DNA of 64,000 nt, from NCBI GenBank assembly GCA_964016885.1, contig OZ024742.1, positions 311,922,001 through 311,986,000 on the forward strand, written 5' to 3'. Below, piece by piece: positions 10,711-23,640 of the stretch (positions are counted from its first letter, which is position 1; each line of letters starts with the position of its first letter). Both the position numbers and the translations under genes were made by a program. Source of the DNA: Eledone cirrhosa. Taxonomy: Eukaryota. The notes beneath the pieces are model-generated. The model made no database searches. It worked only from the letters and a program-made list of their open reading frames with translations, and had not been told where the DNA came from.

Positions 10711-12800
10711 CCTTGTCTGGCTTTCTGGAGAATAGAGGAAAGGTGTTTCCTCAAAAACCAGTATGACTCTAAAAACCGGTTTGTCTGTGTGTTTACATAC
10801 AGAATAGCTGGCCACTCACAGTAAAGTGACCAGTGAAAAAACTTGGTACATCTACATATGTATACGTGTGTGTATTCATATACATACTAGTATTTCAGTA
10901 TACATATATGGATGTACATCTTTAACTTAATTGTTTAAGCGTCAGTCATACAAAAGTGAGTTACAAACGAAACGAAATTTAATTTCGTTTCGTTATTTGT
11001 TTTTATCGTCTCCGTTGAACCGGTACTTACTCACACTCTATGCAAATTAGTCTGCCCACTACTAATTTTCATAGAAAAAGCATATAACGATATGTGCTTT
11101 TACGATTCTCTAGAGAGGCCGGAAGATAGGTAAATATTGCTGATGAGTTGTAACAACAACGAAACTAGTTCAATATTCCTTGTCTGGCTTTCTGGAGAAT
11201 AGAGGAAAGGTGTTTCCTCAAAAACCAGTATGACTCTAAAAACCGGTTTGTCTGTGTGTTTACATACAGAATAGCTGGCCACTCACAGTAAAGTGACCAG
11301 TGAAAAAACTTGGTACATCTACATATGTATACGTGTGTGTATTCATATACATACTAGTATTTCAGTATACATATATGGATGTACATCTTTAACTTAATTG
11401 TTTAAGCGTCAGTCATACAAAAGTGAGTTACAAACGAAACGAAATTTAATTTCGTTTCGTTATTTGTTTTTATCGTCTCCGTTGAACCGGTACTTACACA
11501 CACTCTATGCAAATTAGTCTGCCCACTACTAATTTTCATAGAAAAAGCATATAACGATATGTGCTTTTACGATTCTCTAGAGAGGCCGGAAGATAGGTAA
11601 ATATTGCTGATGAGTTGTAACAACAACGAAACTAGTTCAATATTCCTTGTCTGGCTTTCTGGAGAATAGAGGAAAGGTGTTTCCTCAAAAACCAGTATGA
11701 CTCTAAAAACCGGTTTGTCTGTGTGTTTACATACAGAATAGCTGGCCACTCACAGTAAAGTGACCAGTGAAAAAACTTGGTACATCTACATATGTATACG
11801 TGTGTGTATTCATATACATACTAGTATTTCAGTATACATATATGGATGTACATCTTTAACTTAATTGATTAAGCGTCAGTCATACAAAAGTGAGTTACAA
11901 ACGAAACGAAATTTAATTTCGTTTCGTTATTTGTTTTTATCGTCTCCGTTGAACCGGTACTTACTCACACTCTATGCAAATTAGTCTGCCCACTACTAAT
12001 TTTCATAGAAAAAGCATATAACGATATGTGCTTTTACGATTCTCTAGAGAGGCCGGAAGATAGGTAAATATTGCTGATGAGTTGTAACAACAACGAAACT
12101 AGTTCAATATTCCTTGTCTGGCTTTCTGGAGAATAGAGGAAAGGTGTTTCCTCAAAAACCAGTATGACTCTAAAAACCGGTTTGTCTGTGTGTTTACATA
12201 CAGAATAGCTGGCCACTCACAGTAAAGTGACCAGTGAAAAAACTTGGTACATCTACATATGTATACGTGTGTGTATTCATATACATACTAGTATTTCAGT
12301 ATACATATATGGATGTACATCTTTAACTTAATTGTTTAAGCGTCAGTCATACAAAAGTGAGTTACAAACGAAACGAAATTTAATTTCGTTTCGTTATTTG
12401 TTTTTATCGTCTCCGTTGAACCGGTACTTACTCACACTCTATGCAAATTAGTCTGCCCACTACTAATTTTCATAGAAAAAGCATATAACGATATGTGCTT
12501 TTACGATTCTCTAGAGAGGCCGGAAGATAGGTAAATATTGCTGATGAGTTGTAACAACAACGAAACTAGTTCAATATTCCTTGTCTGGCTTTCTGGAGAA
12601 TAGAGGAAAGGTGTTTCCTCAAAAACCAGTATGACTCTAAAAACCGGTTTGTCTGTGTGTTTACATACAGAATAGCTGGCCACTCACAGTAAAGTGACCA
12701 GTGAAAAAACTTGGTACATCTACATATGTATACGTGTGTGTATTCATATACATACTAGTATTTCAGTATACATATATGGATGTACATCTTTAACTTAATT

Positions 12801-12812
12801 ATATATGTATAT

Positions 12813-12883
<71 letters not shown>

Positions 12884-12884
12884 G

Positions 12885-12922
<38 letters not shown>

Positions 12923-12924
12923 CG

Positions 12925-12959
<35 letters not shown>

Positions 12960-13100
12960 GTATATATTATACATATACATAAATATGTATATATATATGT
13001 ATATATATATATATATGTATATATTATACATATATATATATGTATATATGTATATATATATATGTATATATATATGTATATATATATATATGTATATATG

Positions 13101-13135
<35 letters not shown>

Positions 13136-13144
13136 ATATATATG

Positions 13145-13183
<39 letters not shown>

Positions 13184-13195
13184 GTATATATATGG

Positions 13196-13227
<32 letters not shown>

Positions 13228-13430
13228 GATATATATGTATATATATATGATATATGTATATACATATATATATCTATACATATATATATATATATATACA
13301 TATATGATATATATATGTATATATATGTATGCATATAATATATATATATATGTATACATATATGACATATATATATATATATAATATATATATATATATA
13401 ATATATATATATAAATAATATATATATATG

Positions 13431-13488
<58 letters not shown>
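12801..13488. repeat. Long imperfect (TA)n microsatellite
   Basis: Directly visible; similar tracts at about 15227-15565, 24270-24510, 32180-32306, 34212-34598, 35114-35760, 44090-44257. Confidence 0.97.
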
Positions 13489-13490
<2 letters not shown>

Positions 13491-15226
13491 GAAATATAAG
13501 AATCAAAGAACTGTTCAAAACATTATTGTGCTTACAGCTGTTTCCTCCAAACCGAGGTTTGGATTCTTCGGAGCAATTTATTAATGAATGGACAGTTATA
13601 TGACCTCCTTTTCACCCAAGAGACATACCGATACATATGCAAATATTGTGGGTCAACATTCATTACAGAATTTAGAGTGGCAGTACACACTTAGAGATTA
13701 CATTCATATTAAAAGGTACAATCAAAAATCAAAAATACAGGTTAAAATACAACATGAAGATAAGCGGTTATATAGTGCAAATGTTATATGTGTGGCAAGC
13801 ACGTGCGTCTTGTTTATATAGTGTGGCAGAGAGATACGTGTAGTCGAGGCACTTAGGTAGGTAAACAAGAGTGTTAGGTTGGTTGATCTGGTGGCAAATT
13901 CTTTATATGATTGATATAGTCTGTGTGTGGAGAAATGATATAAGCATTAAAAATAGTGCAAGCATTAAAAATATTAAAAGTATTGGAAATGCACAGCGAA
14001 GGGATGACAAGTACTTCATGTACTTCGACATTTTCATGGTCAGAGGAGTGTATTTTTCGATTATATGCCTCTCATATAATCCACGACAATTCGATATTGA
14101 GCGTTTGACAATCCAGTTAGAGAATCGTAGTCTGATGTTCTTTAGTTCAATACAGGAGGCTGTTACGTTTCGAGAAACGACATTGAATACCACCCGGAAG
14201 TGTGTGTGTGGCTAAGGGGAGTTAATGCATGAGGAGAGGTAACTCCGGTGTTTCTATACCTAGCTATTGAAATGTGTCTCAAAATAGACCCTAATATCTA
14301 TGGTTATGCGCAACTTCCAAAAAATTTCTAAAGCATAAAGTGTTTTAACTATAGAGTAGTTTAATTAAGTTGTGCTGAAGGTGTTCGTATTATTATGGTG
14401 AATTAACCCCCATCGTAGGGTGCCACAAATTAATATTATAGACGATGAGCGAGGATTCTAAATTAATGATCTCTGTGCATGTAGTCTACTCATAAGACCA
14501 GGCGCGGTGATTGCAGAATCACTTCAAGACACAATGATCTCTGGTAAGTTCTGGGTCATCGCTTGCTACATTGGATGTCGAAAGATAATCATCACCAGGT
14601 CCGGCCAGAGGTCAATCCGCAGTCCTCACGACCCCTCTCTGACCGCCAAATCATCCATATATGTACAACCCGCACGCCAGTTGCAATACATTCATTCTCT
14701 GCGTTCAGCGGCCTGGTCCTACTGCTCAACAGCGTTACTAGATTAAATCGTTGTTCATCCGTCTAAGGAAGGCACTTCCTCCGCACAACACTACCAAACC
14801 AATCAATTCATGCTCAAATTACCTATAGAGCGGTGTAGTGCAGTTCAAGTGGGTGGATGTTGTCACACTTGACGTAGGGGTATAAATGGGTATTCTCCCT
14901 GCGAAGGGTTCCAGAGGGATGTCTCTTGGCTGAAAAGGAAGTCATATAACTGTCCATTCATTAATAAATTGCTCCGAAGAATCCAAACCTCCGTTTGGAG
15001 GAAACAGCTGTAAGCACAATAATGTTTTGAACAGTTCTTTGATTCTTATATTTCATATAACTGCTCTGTAAATCATCTGATGTTTTTACATTGAGCTACT
15101 TAACTTACTGGTAATAAGGTAGTAATACATTACTGCCTACCACTATTTAGGGTTTGTATAAAAAATACATATAACTGCATAAGGTTTTTGTATTTACATA
15201 ACCATAAATAGTATAATTAATACTAT
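13489..15226. mobile_element. ORF-less PLE copy C: long reverse-oriented 3' region (13489-14923) joined to a short forward pLTR end (14919-15226)
   Basis: Left part is the reverse complement of about 22000-23434; right part matches about 23297-23605; 5-bp ATGTC junction microhomology; (TA)n flanks. Confidence 0.88.
14969..15016 (+). ncRNA. Variant-core hammerhead-like motif of the PLE pLTR (also 23347-23394 +, about 32092-32139 +, 27569-27616 -, 31749-31796 -)
   Basis: UUGCU CCGAAGA A-UCCAAAC-CUCC-GUUUGGA-G GAAA CAGCUG UA^AGCA: helices I-III present, palindromic helix III, C instead of U at core position 4. Confidence 0.65.
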
Positions 15227-15257
<31 letters not shown>

Positions 15258-15273
15258 AATATATATATATTTG

Positions 15274-15372
<99 letters not shown>

Positions 15373-15525
15373 AATATATATAATATATATATATATATAT
15401 ATAAATAATATATATATAGGATTCCAAAACGACAAAAAATTTTTTTTATTCCGCAATGCTTCAAGCAAACTTCAATACTCTCTTATATACATAATATATA
15501 TATATAAATACTATATATATATAAA

Positions 15526-15571
<46 letters not shown>

Positions 15572-15719
15572 ATATTTGGGGAGGGTTATATTTGTGTAAT
15601 AATATTATGGCAATATTATTACACAAATATGACCCTCCCCAAGTATAACAATATTTGTTTCGACACACGATTTCATACCAACAACCTCGCAAAACTAATT
15701 CATCGCCGTTATATATATA

Positions 15720-15768
<49 letters not shown>

Positions 15769-16137
15769 GTCGTTTTGGAAGCCTCAACAATGCAGATGGG
15801 TAAATCTCCGGGTAACAGAATCCGGTGGTGAAGAGTGAGATGTAAGAGGAAATGTAGAATGAGATGTATAGTGTGTAGAGGAATAAAAAATAATAACACG
15901 AGATAGAGTTACCTTGGGAGAGATTTAATTGTCCCTATATTTCAGATTCGCATCCATCAACTGGGGCGTTTTCTGGGGGAGGGGGGAGTTATCTGTTGCA
16001 GAGGAACGGTACGTGGCCTCTGTTGTCTGCGGTTTGTGTGTAACTGAGATATTCTGTAGAGCTAACGTGCGTGCGGAATAGGTGCGGTCAAGCAAAGGTC
16101 GAAGCAGCTCCTTTTTATTGTGGGAGTGGATATTGTG

Positions 16138-16176
<39 letters not shown>

Positions 16177-16220
16177 TAGAACACTGGAAGGTAATATCCG
16201 TAGTGGTAGAGCAATTAGGT

Positions 16221-16362
16221 AGAAGTTGTTACACAACACTTAGTTCACCATACCGAAAACAATTGTTTCACCTTAGCGGATCCTCAGTTTACGAGCTGAG
16301 GATCCGCTAAGGTGAAACAATTGTTCTCGGTATGGTGAACTAACTGTTGTGTAACCACTTCT
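16221..16362. repeat. Short inverted-repeat element carrying a minimal HHR (16292-16329, +)
   Basis: Arms about 16221-16288 and 16295-16362; CGAG CUGAGGA UCC-GCUAA-GGU GAAA CAAUUG UU^CUCG. Confidence 0.7.
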
Positions 16363-16376
16363 CTCTCTCTCTCTCT

Positions 16377-16474
<98 letters not shown>

Positions 16475-16497
16475 ATATATATATATATATATATATA

Positions 16498-17280
16498 TAG
16501 TAGAATGATCGAGTATCGAAAAATCGGCGCACGAGTTCACGATAAACAAAATTCGACATGAGTGGCAGAGGGCTCAATAATTCAGAGAAATCAGAGCTAT
16601 AACTATCGTTAAAATACCAACACACATAGATTATGTCTAAAATCAACCATACGACCGAAAAATTACGATCAGGAAGATTCGGGTCACTCAGATAAAATAT
16701 CAATAAATCAATAAATCATGTGAATGTAAAAAGCTTACCCGGACCCACTAGAAAGATGGTAAATCTAGCTTCTTGGGTTTCTGTAAATCCTTAAACCGCC
16801 CACTATCAGCCCACATAAAAATATATAAGACTTCTAGAGAGCGGCGGACAGGAAATACTTTATCAACGAGCTTTGTCCAGACGAATAAAAAAGCCAACCC
16901 TAGCTGAAAACGCACATGGAATCCAGCAAGGGAGATAACCTCTATATCCGCGAAAAATATTCGGGAATGTGGAAAATCACATATCGAATAAGAGTGCTCA
17001 ATAGACATGTTAAAATAAACAGGAGCTATTCATCATTTAATAGAATCGACAAAAAATGAACAATAAAATTAACTGGTCAATAGCTAAGTCTAGAGCTAAA
17101 TATAGTAGAATAATCGAGTATCGAAAAATCGGCGCACGAGTTCACGATAAACAAAATTCGACATGAGTGGCAGAGGGCTCAATAATTCAGAGAAATCAGA
17201 GCTATAACTATCGTTAAAATACCAACACACATAGATTATGTCTAAAATCAACCATGCGACCGAAAAATTACGATCAGGAA
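16498..17280. repeat. Partial tandem element with 605-bp period between (TA)n tracts
   Basis: About 180 bp starting at 16498 recurs at 17103-17280. Confidence 0.75.
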
Positions 17281-17434
17281 ATATATATATATATAAATGT
17301 AATCTGAGTTTTTCGAATATTAATAATTAATAATAACATTCGATTCGTTTGCAATTATGCAAAGAAGCCTCATTTTTAAAGCCATGTTAGTAGAATGCAC
17401 CCTTCATTCTTGCTCTTGTGTTGGCATGTAAACA

Positions 17435-17484
17435 GAACTGCAGACACTAGTGTTTCTGGATATCACCCTTCATCAGTACAGCTC
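17435..17484 (-). ncRNA. Minimal type I hammerhead ribozyme
   Basis: Minus strand GAGCUGUA CUGAUGA A-GGGU-GAU-AUCC-A GAAA CACUAGUG UC^UGCAGUUC: 8-bp helix I, GUC triplet, palindromic helix III. Confidence 0.82.
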
Positions 17485-17758
17485 ACTGTCTGAGCTAGTG
17501 AAAATATATGCTATTTTTTAAAATATACAGTGAGTGATCGGCCTGATTTGCATATTAGCAGACTGGCTGATCAGTCAGATCTGCATATTAGCAGATCTAC
17601 TGATCAGCCAGATTTGCATATCAGCATACTGGCCAGTCAGTTTCCTGTATACGAGCGATAAATGGCCGGCTTTACCACATTGAAATGGAAAAAAAAACAT
17701 TTTCACTCTACTTGGCTGAATACAATAAATGTAATATGAGTTTTTCGAATATTAATAA

Positions 17759-18658
17759 CTAGCAGTGGTACCCGGCGTTGCACGGGATAAGGTATTTTGG
17801 AACGCGGGCCGCCAACAGACATAATCGTGGAAAAACTGCATGCCTGGACTATATGTAAAGAAAATAAACCGAATACTCTGATCGCTGGATAATCTTTAAG
17901 ATTTTCCTCGATGAAACAGGAAAAATGCAGGTTTTCACCTAATGCGAGCCCTAGGGGATCAAGAAAATGAATTATTTTATGTGCATAATATGCCTTGAAA
18001 TTTCTGGAAAATCGGCTAGACGTAACGCCTCAAAAGAGCCCTAAAAAGCTGAAAAAATGAAATTTTTCACCTAATTCGGGCCCTAGGACATAAAAAAGTT
18101 GGATTTTCTTTGCTCACGGCAAAGAGATTGACTAATACATAGTTACAATTTCAAGGAAATCACTCTGACGTAACGTCTCAAAAAACCCCTAAAAATCTGA
18201 AAACAAACGCAGTTTTTCACCTAATGCGGGTCCTAGGGGAACAAAAAGTTGAATTTTTTATGTACATAATACTCCCTGAAACATAAGTAATACACATATA
18301 AAGTTTGAAAAAGGTCGGTTGGGTACTTCTCGAGTTTTAGGGATTCAAACTCACACACACATCCTCAGGGAAGTGACGTAATGCAGACAGTCAGACAGAT
18401 ATTATAAGGGTTCGACGTTATATGTATGTATCTATCTAAAAAGAAAAAGACTAAGAATTAGAGAGAGACATGACTAAATCGCCTAATGCGGTCCCTAGGG
18501 CATTGAAAATTTGAAAATTTTTTTGCTCAGAATACTCCCTGAAAGATAAGTATTACATGTGTAAAGTTTGAAAACAGTCGGTTGGGTGCTTCTCGAGTGT
18601 TAGGGATTCAAACTCACACACACACACAGACAGACATCCTCAGTTTTATATATATAGA
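17759..18658 (-). mobile_element. Non-autonomous Helitron-like element
   Basis: Minus strand starts TCTATATATATAAAAC and ends CCCGTGCAACGCCGGG..CTAG; removing it rejoins the host repeat ttcgaatattaataa|taatattcgattcg with no TSD. Confidence 0.85.
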
Positions 18659-18838
18659 TAATATTCGATTCGTTTGCAATTATGCAAACAAGCCTCATTT
18701 TTAAAGCCATGTCAGTAGAATGAACCCTTCATTCTTGCTCTTGGGTTGTCATGTAAACAGAACTGCATACACTAATCTTTCTGGGAATCTCTCTTCATCA
18801 TTACAGCTCACTGATCTTTTATATATATATATATATAT

Positions 18839-21800
18839 ATGAAATATAAGAATCAAAGAACTGTTCAAAACATTTTTCTGCTTACAACTGTTTCCTCCAA
18901 ACCGAGGTTTGGATTCTTCGGAGCAATTTATTAATGAATGGACAGTTATATGACCTCCTTTTCACCCAAGAGACATACAGATACATATGCAAATATTGTG
19001 GGTCAACATTCATTACAGCATTTAGAGTGACAGTACACACTTAGAGATTACATTCATATTAAAAGGTACAATCAAAAATCAAAAATACAGGTTAAAATAC
19101 AACATGAAGATAAGCGGTTATATAGTGCAAATGTTATGTGTGGCAAGCACGTGTGTCTTGTTTATATAGTGTGGCAGAGAGTTACGTGTAGTAGAAGCAC
19201 TTAGGTAGGTAAACAAGAGTGTTAGGTTGGTTGATCTGGTGGCAAATTCTTTATATGATTGTTATAGTCTGTGTGTGAAGAAATGATATAAGCATTAAAA
19301 ATAGTGCAAGCATTAAAAATATTAAAAGTATTGGAAATGCACAGCGAAGGGATGTTATGGACTTCATGTACTTTGACATTTTCATAGTCAGGGGAGTGTA
19401 TTTTTCAGATTATATGCCCCTCACATAATCCACGACAATTCGTTGAGCTGACATATAATATTACCAATATGCTAATCAAAGACCAACTCCCCATGTCAAC
19501 CAAGAACATACCAATACTATCCAGGAATACATATGAGAAATTGCTGATCAACAGTGTAAATTCATTTATCAATAGAGTGAGATGGAGGACATTCCATTAT
19601 GATAGAAACAGATCTAACAATGTGAATAATACTAACAAATTTGACTCCTTCGGCTTTAAAACCTTTAAAAGCCCCCCTCATAACACACTACTTAACTCCT
19701 TTGAAAATGACCTAGTTAAACTAGTTAAGAACATTAAATACAATAAGCACCATAATAGAAGCAACACCTTCTTAAACAAACTTAACACCTCTATTAATGG
19801 ATTCAAAACTAGTAATAAAATTATTGTACACGCAGATAAAACTAATAACATATACAGCCTAGATTATAATACTTATAGAAAGTTTATATATAATGAACTA
19901 CATAAAAGCTACAAAAGATATTAATATAGAGGGATATAATATAGTGTCTAAACTAGGACTTCAGAGGCATACACAACCATTCACCCCAAACCCCCCTAGA
20001 TTCTCTCTGAAGGACCATAAGGAGGACTTCATCAGCAACCCCTCGATAAGACTTATCTGCCCTTGCAAGTCCGACATTGGTATTATCAGCAAGAAGATTT
20101 TGGATAAAATCATCCCACAAATTAAACACAAGATACACCTTAAACAATGGGGAAATACGGGTGAAGTGATTGAATGGTTCAAAGATATCAAGAATAATAA
20201 GGACAAAAAATGTATTCAATTTGATATCAATTCATACTACACCTCTATTTCCCCTATCCTATTAAATAAGGCACTAATCATGGCCATGAACAATAGCGAC
20301 CTGACTAGAGCCCAGGTTGATGTCATCCTTGCGGCCCGTAAAACCATAATCACCTTCGAGGACCAACTATGGACACGCAAGGATACGCACAACAACTTCG
20401 ACATAACCATGGGATCTAGTGACTCGGCGCAGGTCACTGAATTGGTCGGCCTATACCTTCTTAATGAAATCCATAAGGACCTCCCTTACCTCAACGGTGG
20501 TTTGTACCGCGATGATGCACTTCTACTTATAGAATATAAAAAAATTAATATAGAAAGAACTAGAAAACAATTGCACAAGACATTCAAAAACTTTAACCTT
20601 AGTATCACCATGGACAAAAACACTAAAAATGTTAACTTCCTAGACGCCACACTATACCTAGACTCAAAAATATATACACCTTTCCATAAGCCTAACGAAA
20701 AACTCATTTACGTAGATACCAAGTCTAATCACCCTAGATCAATATTAAACTCTATCTCTAAGGGGGTATCCAATAGAATCTCTAATCTATCCTATGACGC
20801 AAACATATTTGGCAAAAACTCACAATATTACAATCAAGCATTAGCTAGATCCGGCCATAATATAGAAATTGAGTTCCTACCTAAGAAAACACATAGCTAC
20901 AACATCATCTCGCACAACATGTCCATGAGGAAACCTAATAATAGGAATAGCAACCACAAGTACACCAAAGCGGAGGGTGCCACCGGAAGTAACCATTACC
21001 ACGGAAACTACTGTAGTGCCTTAGGAAGAAACAACACACCAAACACTAAAAACAAAAATAGAAGAAGAAATAATACATTTTTCAACCCTCCTTTCAACCT
21101 AAATGTCTCCACCAACATACCTAGGGCTTTCTTCTCACTACTAGATAAAAACTTCCCTCTAGGACACAAGTACCACAACCTTTTAAACAAAAACACTATT
21201 AAAATCTCATACTCTACGACGCCTAACTTAGCATACCACATAGCTAGCAGCAATAAAAGTAAAATTAATTCTTACTTCCAACAAATGAAATCACAACAGG
21301 ATGCAAACCTTCTAAATACCTCTGTAGCAAGTAACGGCAGTAACAATAGAAATAACACTAGTATAAGAAATAACACCGGGGTTGACAACCCGAATGTCCA
21401 AAATCCTATAGCTACCACCCAGACTTCTGCACTGCATTATAACCAGCAGACTAACACACAGGATAATTGTAACTGTAGAGCTAATAAAACCTGCCCTTTA
21501 GATAAAAAATGCCTAACCAAGGATATTATATACTCATGCACCGTGACAACTAGCGACTCTTCAGAAATCTATGTAGGCTCCACTTCTAACTGCTTCAAAA
21601 TCAGATATAATTCGCACATCCACTCGTTCAAAAAGCACAGTCTAGCCAACTCCACCTCACTATCTAGCTACATACACTATCTAAAAACTAAAAATAAACC
21701 ATACACACTCAAATGGGAAGTGATAGGCAGCGCGACTTCGTACAAACCACCTAATAAATTTTGTAACCTCTGTATACTAGAGACCCACAATATTATCTTC

Positions 21801-23599
21801 TCTAACCGTAACCTACTTAACAAAAAATCTGAGGTGTTTGCAACTTGCCAGCACCGCTTCAGACATTCCTTCCAAAACTTTAAGCCCAATATATAGCAAT
21901 GTCGGACTTGAACCAAACACCACCTCTAGCATCAAACACCAGGGGCACACCTTATACCACATACCCAACACTAACTGATCTAATATAACACAAACAACGA
22001 CATCCCTCTGGAACCCTTCGCAGGGCGAATACCCATTTATACCTCTACGTTAGGTGTGACAACATCCACCCACTTGAACTGCACTACACCGCTCTATAGG
22101 TAATTTAAGCATGAATTGATTGGCTTGGTAGTGTTGTGCGGAGGAAGTGCCTTCCTTGGACAGATGAAAAACGATTTAATCTAGTAACGCTGTTGAGCAG
22201 TAGGACCAGGACGCTGAGTGCAGAGAATGAATGTATTGCAACTGGCGTGCGGGTTGTACATATATGGATGATTTGATGGTCAGAGTGGGGTAATGAGGAC
22301 TGCGGATTGACCTCTGGTCGGCCCTGGTGATGATTATCTTTCGACATCCAATGTAGCAAGCGATGACCCAGAACTTACCAGAGATCATTGTGTGTTGAAG
22401 TGATTCTGCAATCACCGCGCCTGGTCCTATGAATATACTACAACCACAGAGATCATTAATTTAGAATCCTCGCTCGTCGTCTATAAATATTCATTTGTGG
22501 CACCCTACGATGGGGGTTAATTCACCATAATAATACGAACACCTTCAGCACAACTTAATAGACTACTCTATAGTTAAAACACTTTATGCTTTATAAATTT
22601 TTTAGAAGTTGCCCATAACCATAGAAATTAGGGTCTATTTTGAGACACATTTCAATAGCTAGTAATAGAAACCTCGGAGTTACCTCCCCTCATGCATTAA
22701 CTCCCCTTAGCCACACACACACTTCCGGGTAGTATTCAATGTCGATTCTCGAAACGTAACAGCCTCCTGTATTGAACTAAAGAACATCAGACTACGATTC
22801 TCTAACTGGATTGTCAAACGTTCAATATCGAATTGTCGTGGATTATGTGAGGGGCATATAATCTGAAAAATACACTCCCCTGACTATGAAAATGTCGAAG
22901 TACATGAAGTCCATAACATCCCTTCGCTGTGCATTTCCAATACTTTTAATATTTTTAATGCTTGCACTATTTTTAATGCTTATATCATTTCTCCACACAC
23001 AGACTATAACAATTATATAAAGAATTTGCCACCAGATCAACCAACCTAACACTCTTGTTTACCTACCTAAGTGCTTCTACTACACGTAACTCTCTGCCAC
23101 ACTATATAAACAAGACGCACGTGCTTGCCACACATATAACATTTGCACTATATATCCGCTTATTTTCATGTTGTATTTTAACCTGTATTTTTGATTTTTG
23201 ATTGTACCTTTTAATATGAATGTAATATCTAAGTGTGTATGGCCACTCTAAATGCTGTAATGAATGTTGACCCACAATATTTGCATATGTATCTGTATGT
23301 CTCTTGGGTGAAAAGGAGGTCATATAACTGTCCATTCATTAATAAATTGCTCCGAAGAATCCAAACCTCCGTTTGGAGGAAACAGTTGTAAGCACGAAAA
23401 TGTTTTGAACAGTTCTTTGATTCTTATATTTCATATAACTGCTCTGTAAATCATCTGATGTTTTTACATTGAACTACTTAACTTACTGGTAATAAGGTAG
23501 TAATATATTACTGCCTACCACTATTTAGGGTTTGTATAAAAAAATATATATAACTGCAAAAGGTTTTTGTATTTACATAACCATAAATAGTATAATTAA

Positions 23600-23605
<6 letters not shown>
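18839..23605 (+). mobile_element. Penelope-like element copy A with inverted 5' arm (18839-19442) and about 1.7-kb 3' region/pLTR, inserted in (TA)n
   Basis: RT + GIY-YIG coding region; left arm is the reverse complement of about 22830-23434. Confidence 0.92.
19469..21896 (+). pseudogene. PLE RT-GIY-YIG ORF disrupted by a 23-bp deletion near 19915
   Basis: ORFs 19469..19924 and 19893..21896 align to the 819-aa ORF at 29040..31499; the KKTTLKNLE segment is missing. Confidence 0.92.

Positions 23606-23637
<32 letters not shown>

Positions 23638-23640
<3 letters not shown>

Larger units (their letters stand above)
9666..12800 (+). mobile_element. Retrozyme-like array 1: 467-bp HHR-containing unit, about 5.6 direct copies (10205-12800) preceded by a 1.15-unit inverted arm (9666-10204), flanked by (TA)n
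   Basis: CTGATGA cores at 10206, 10673, 11140, 11607, 12074, 12541 (exact 467 spacing); units nearly identical; reverse-complement copy at left. Confidence 0.9.
17292..18813 (-). mobile_element. Second retrozyme-like family, about 432-bp unit in partial tandem, interrupted by a Helitron; related fragment at about 8764-8915
   Basis: taaatgtaat.tgagtttttcgaatattaat at 17294 and 17726; intact HHR at 17435-17484 and a decayed one at about 18760-18810. Confidence 0.7.

Noticed and set aside
9857-12683. Repeated 60-aa ORF MASYSVCKHTDK... in each 467-bp unit
   Set aside because: GTG start, antisense to the HHR, no domain, and the start is lost in array 2; a by-product of the repeat
10205-12800. 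CRISPR-like interpretation of the regular array
   Set aside because: Whole units are identical with no unique spacers, there are no cas genes, and the context is eukaryotic
12795-13518. Long YI/IY, CV, HT and ER-repeat ORFs here and elsewhere in the track
   Set aside because: Translations of (TA)n, (TG)n, (CA)n and (GA)n microsatellites
14507-14766. Short antisense ORFs (79 aa, 67 aa, also the 77-aa MDSYM ORF) recurring in the PLE 3' region
   Set aside because: They recur only because the element is repeated; frameshifted or altered in copy B; no recognisable domain
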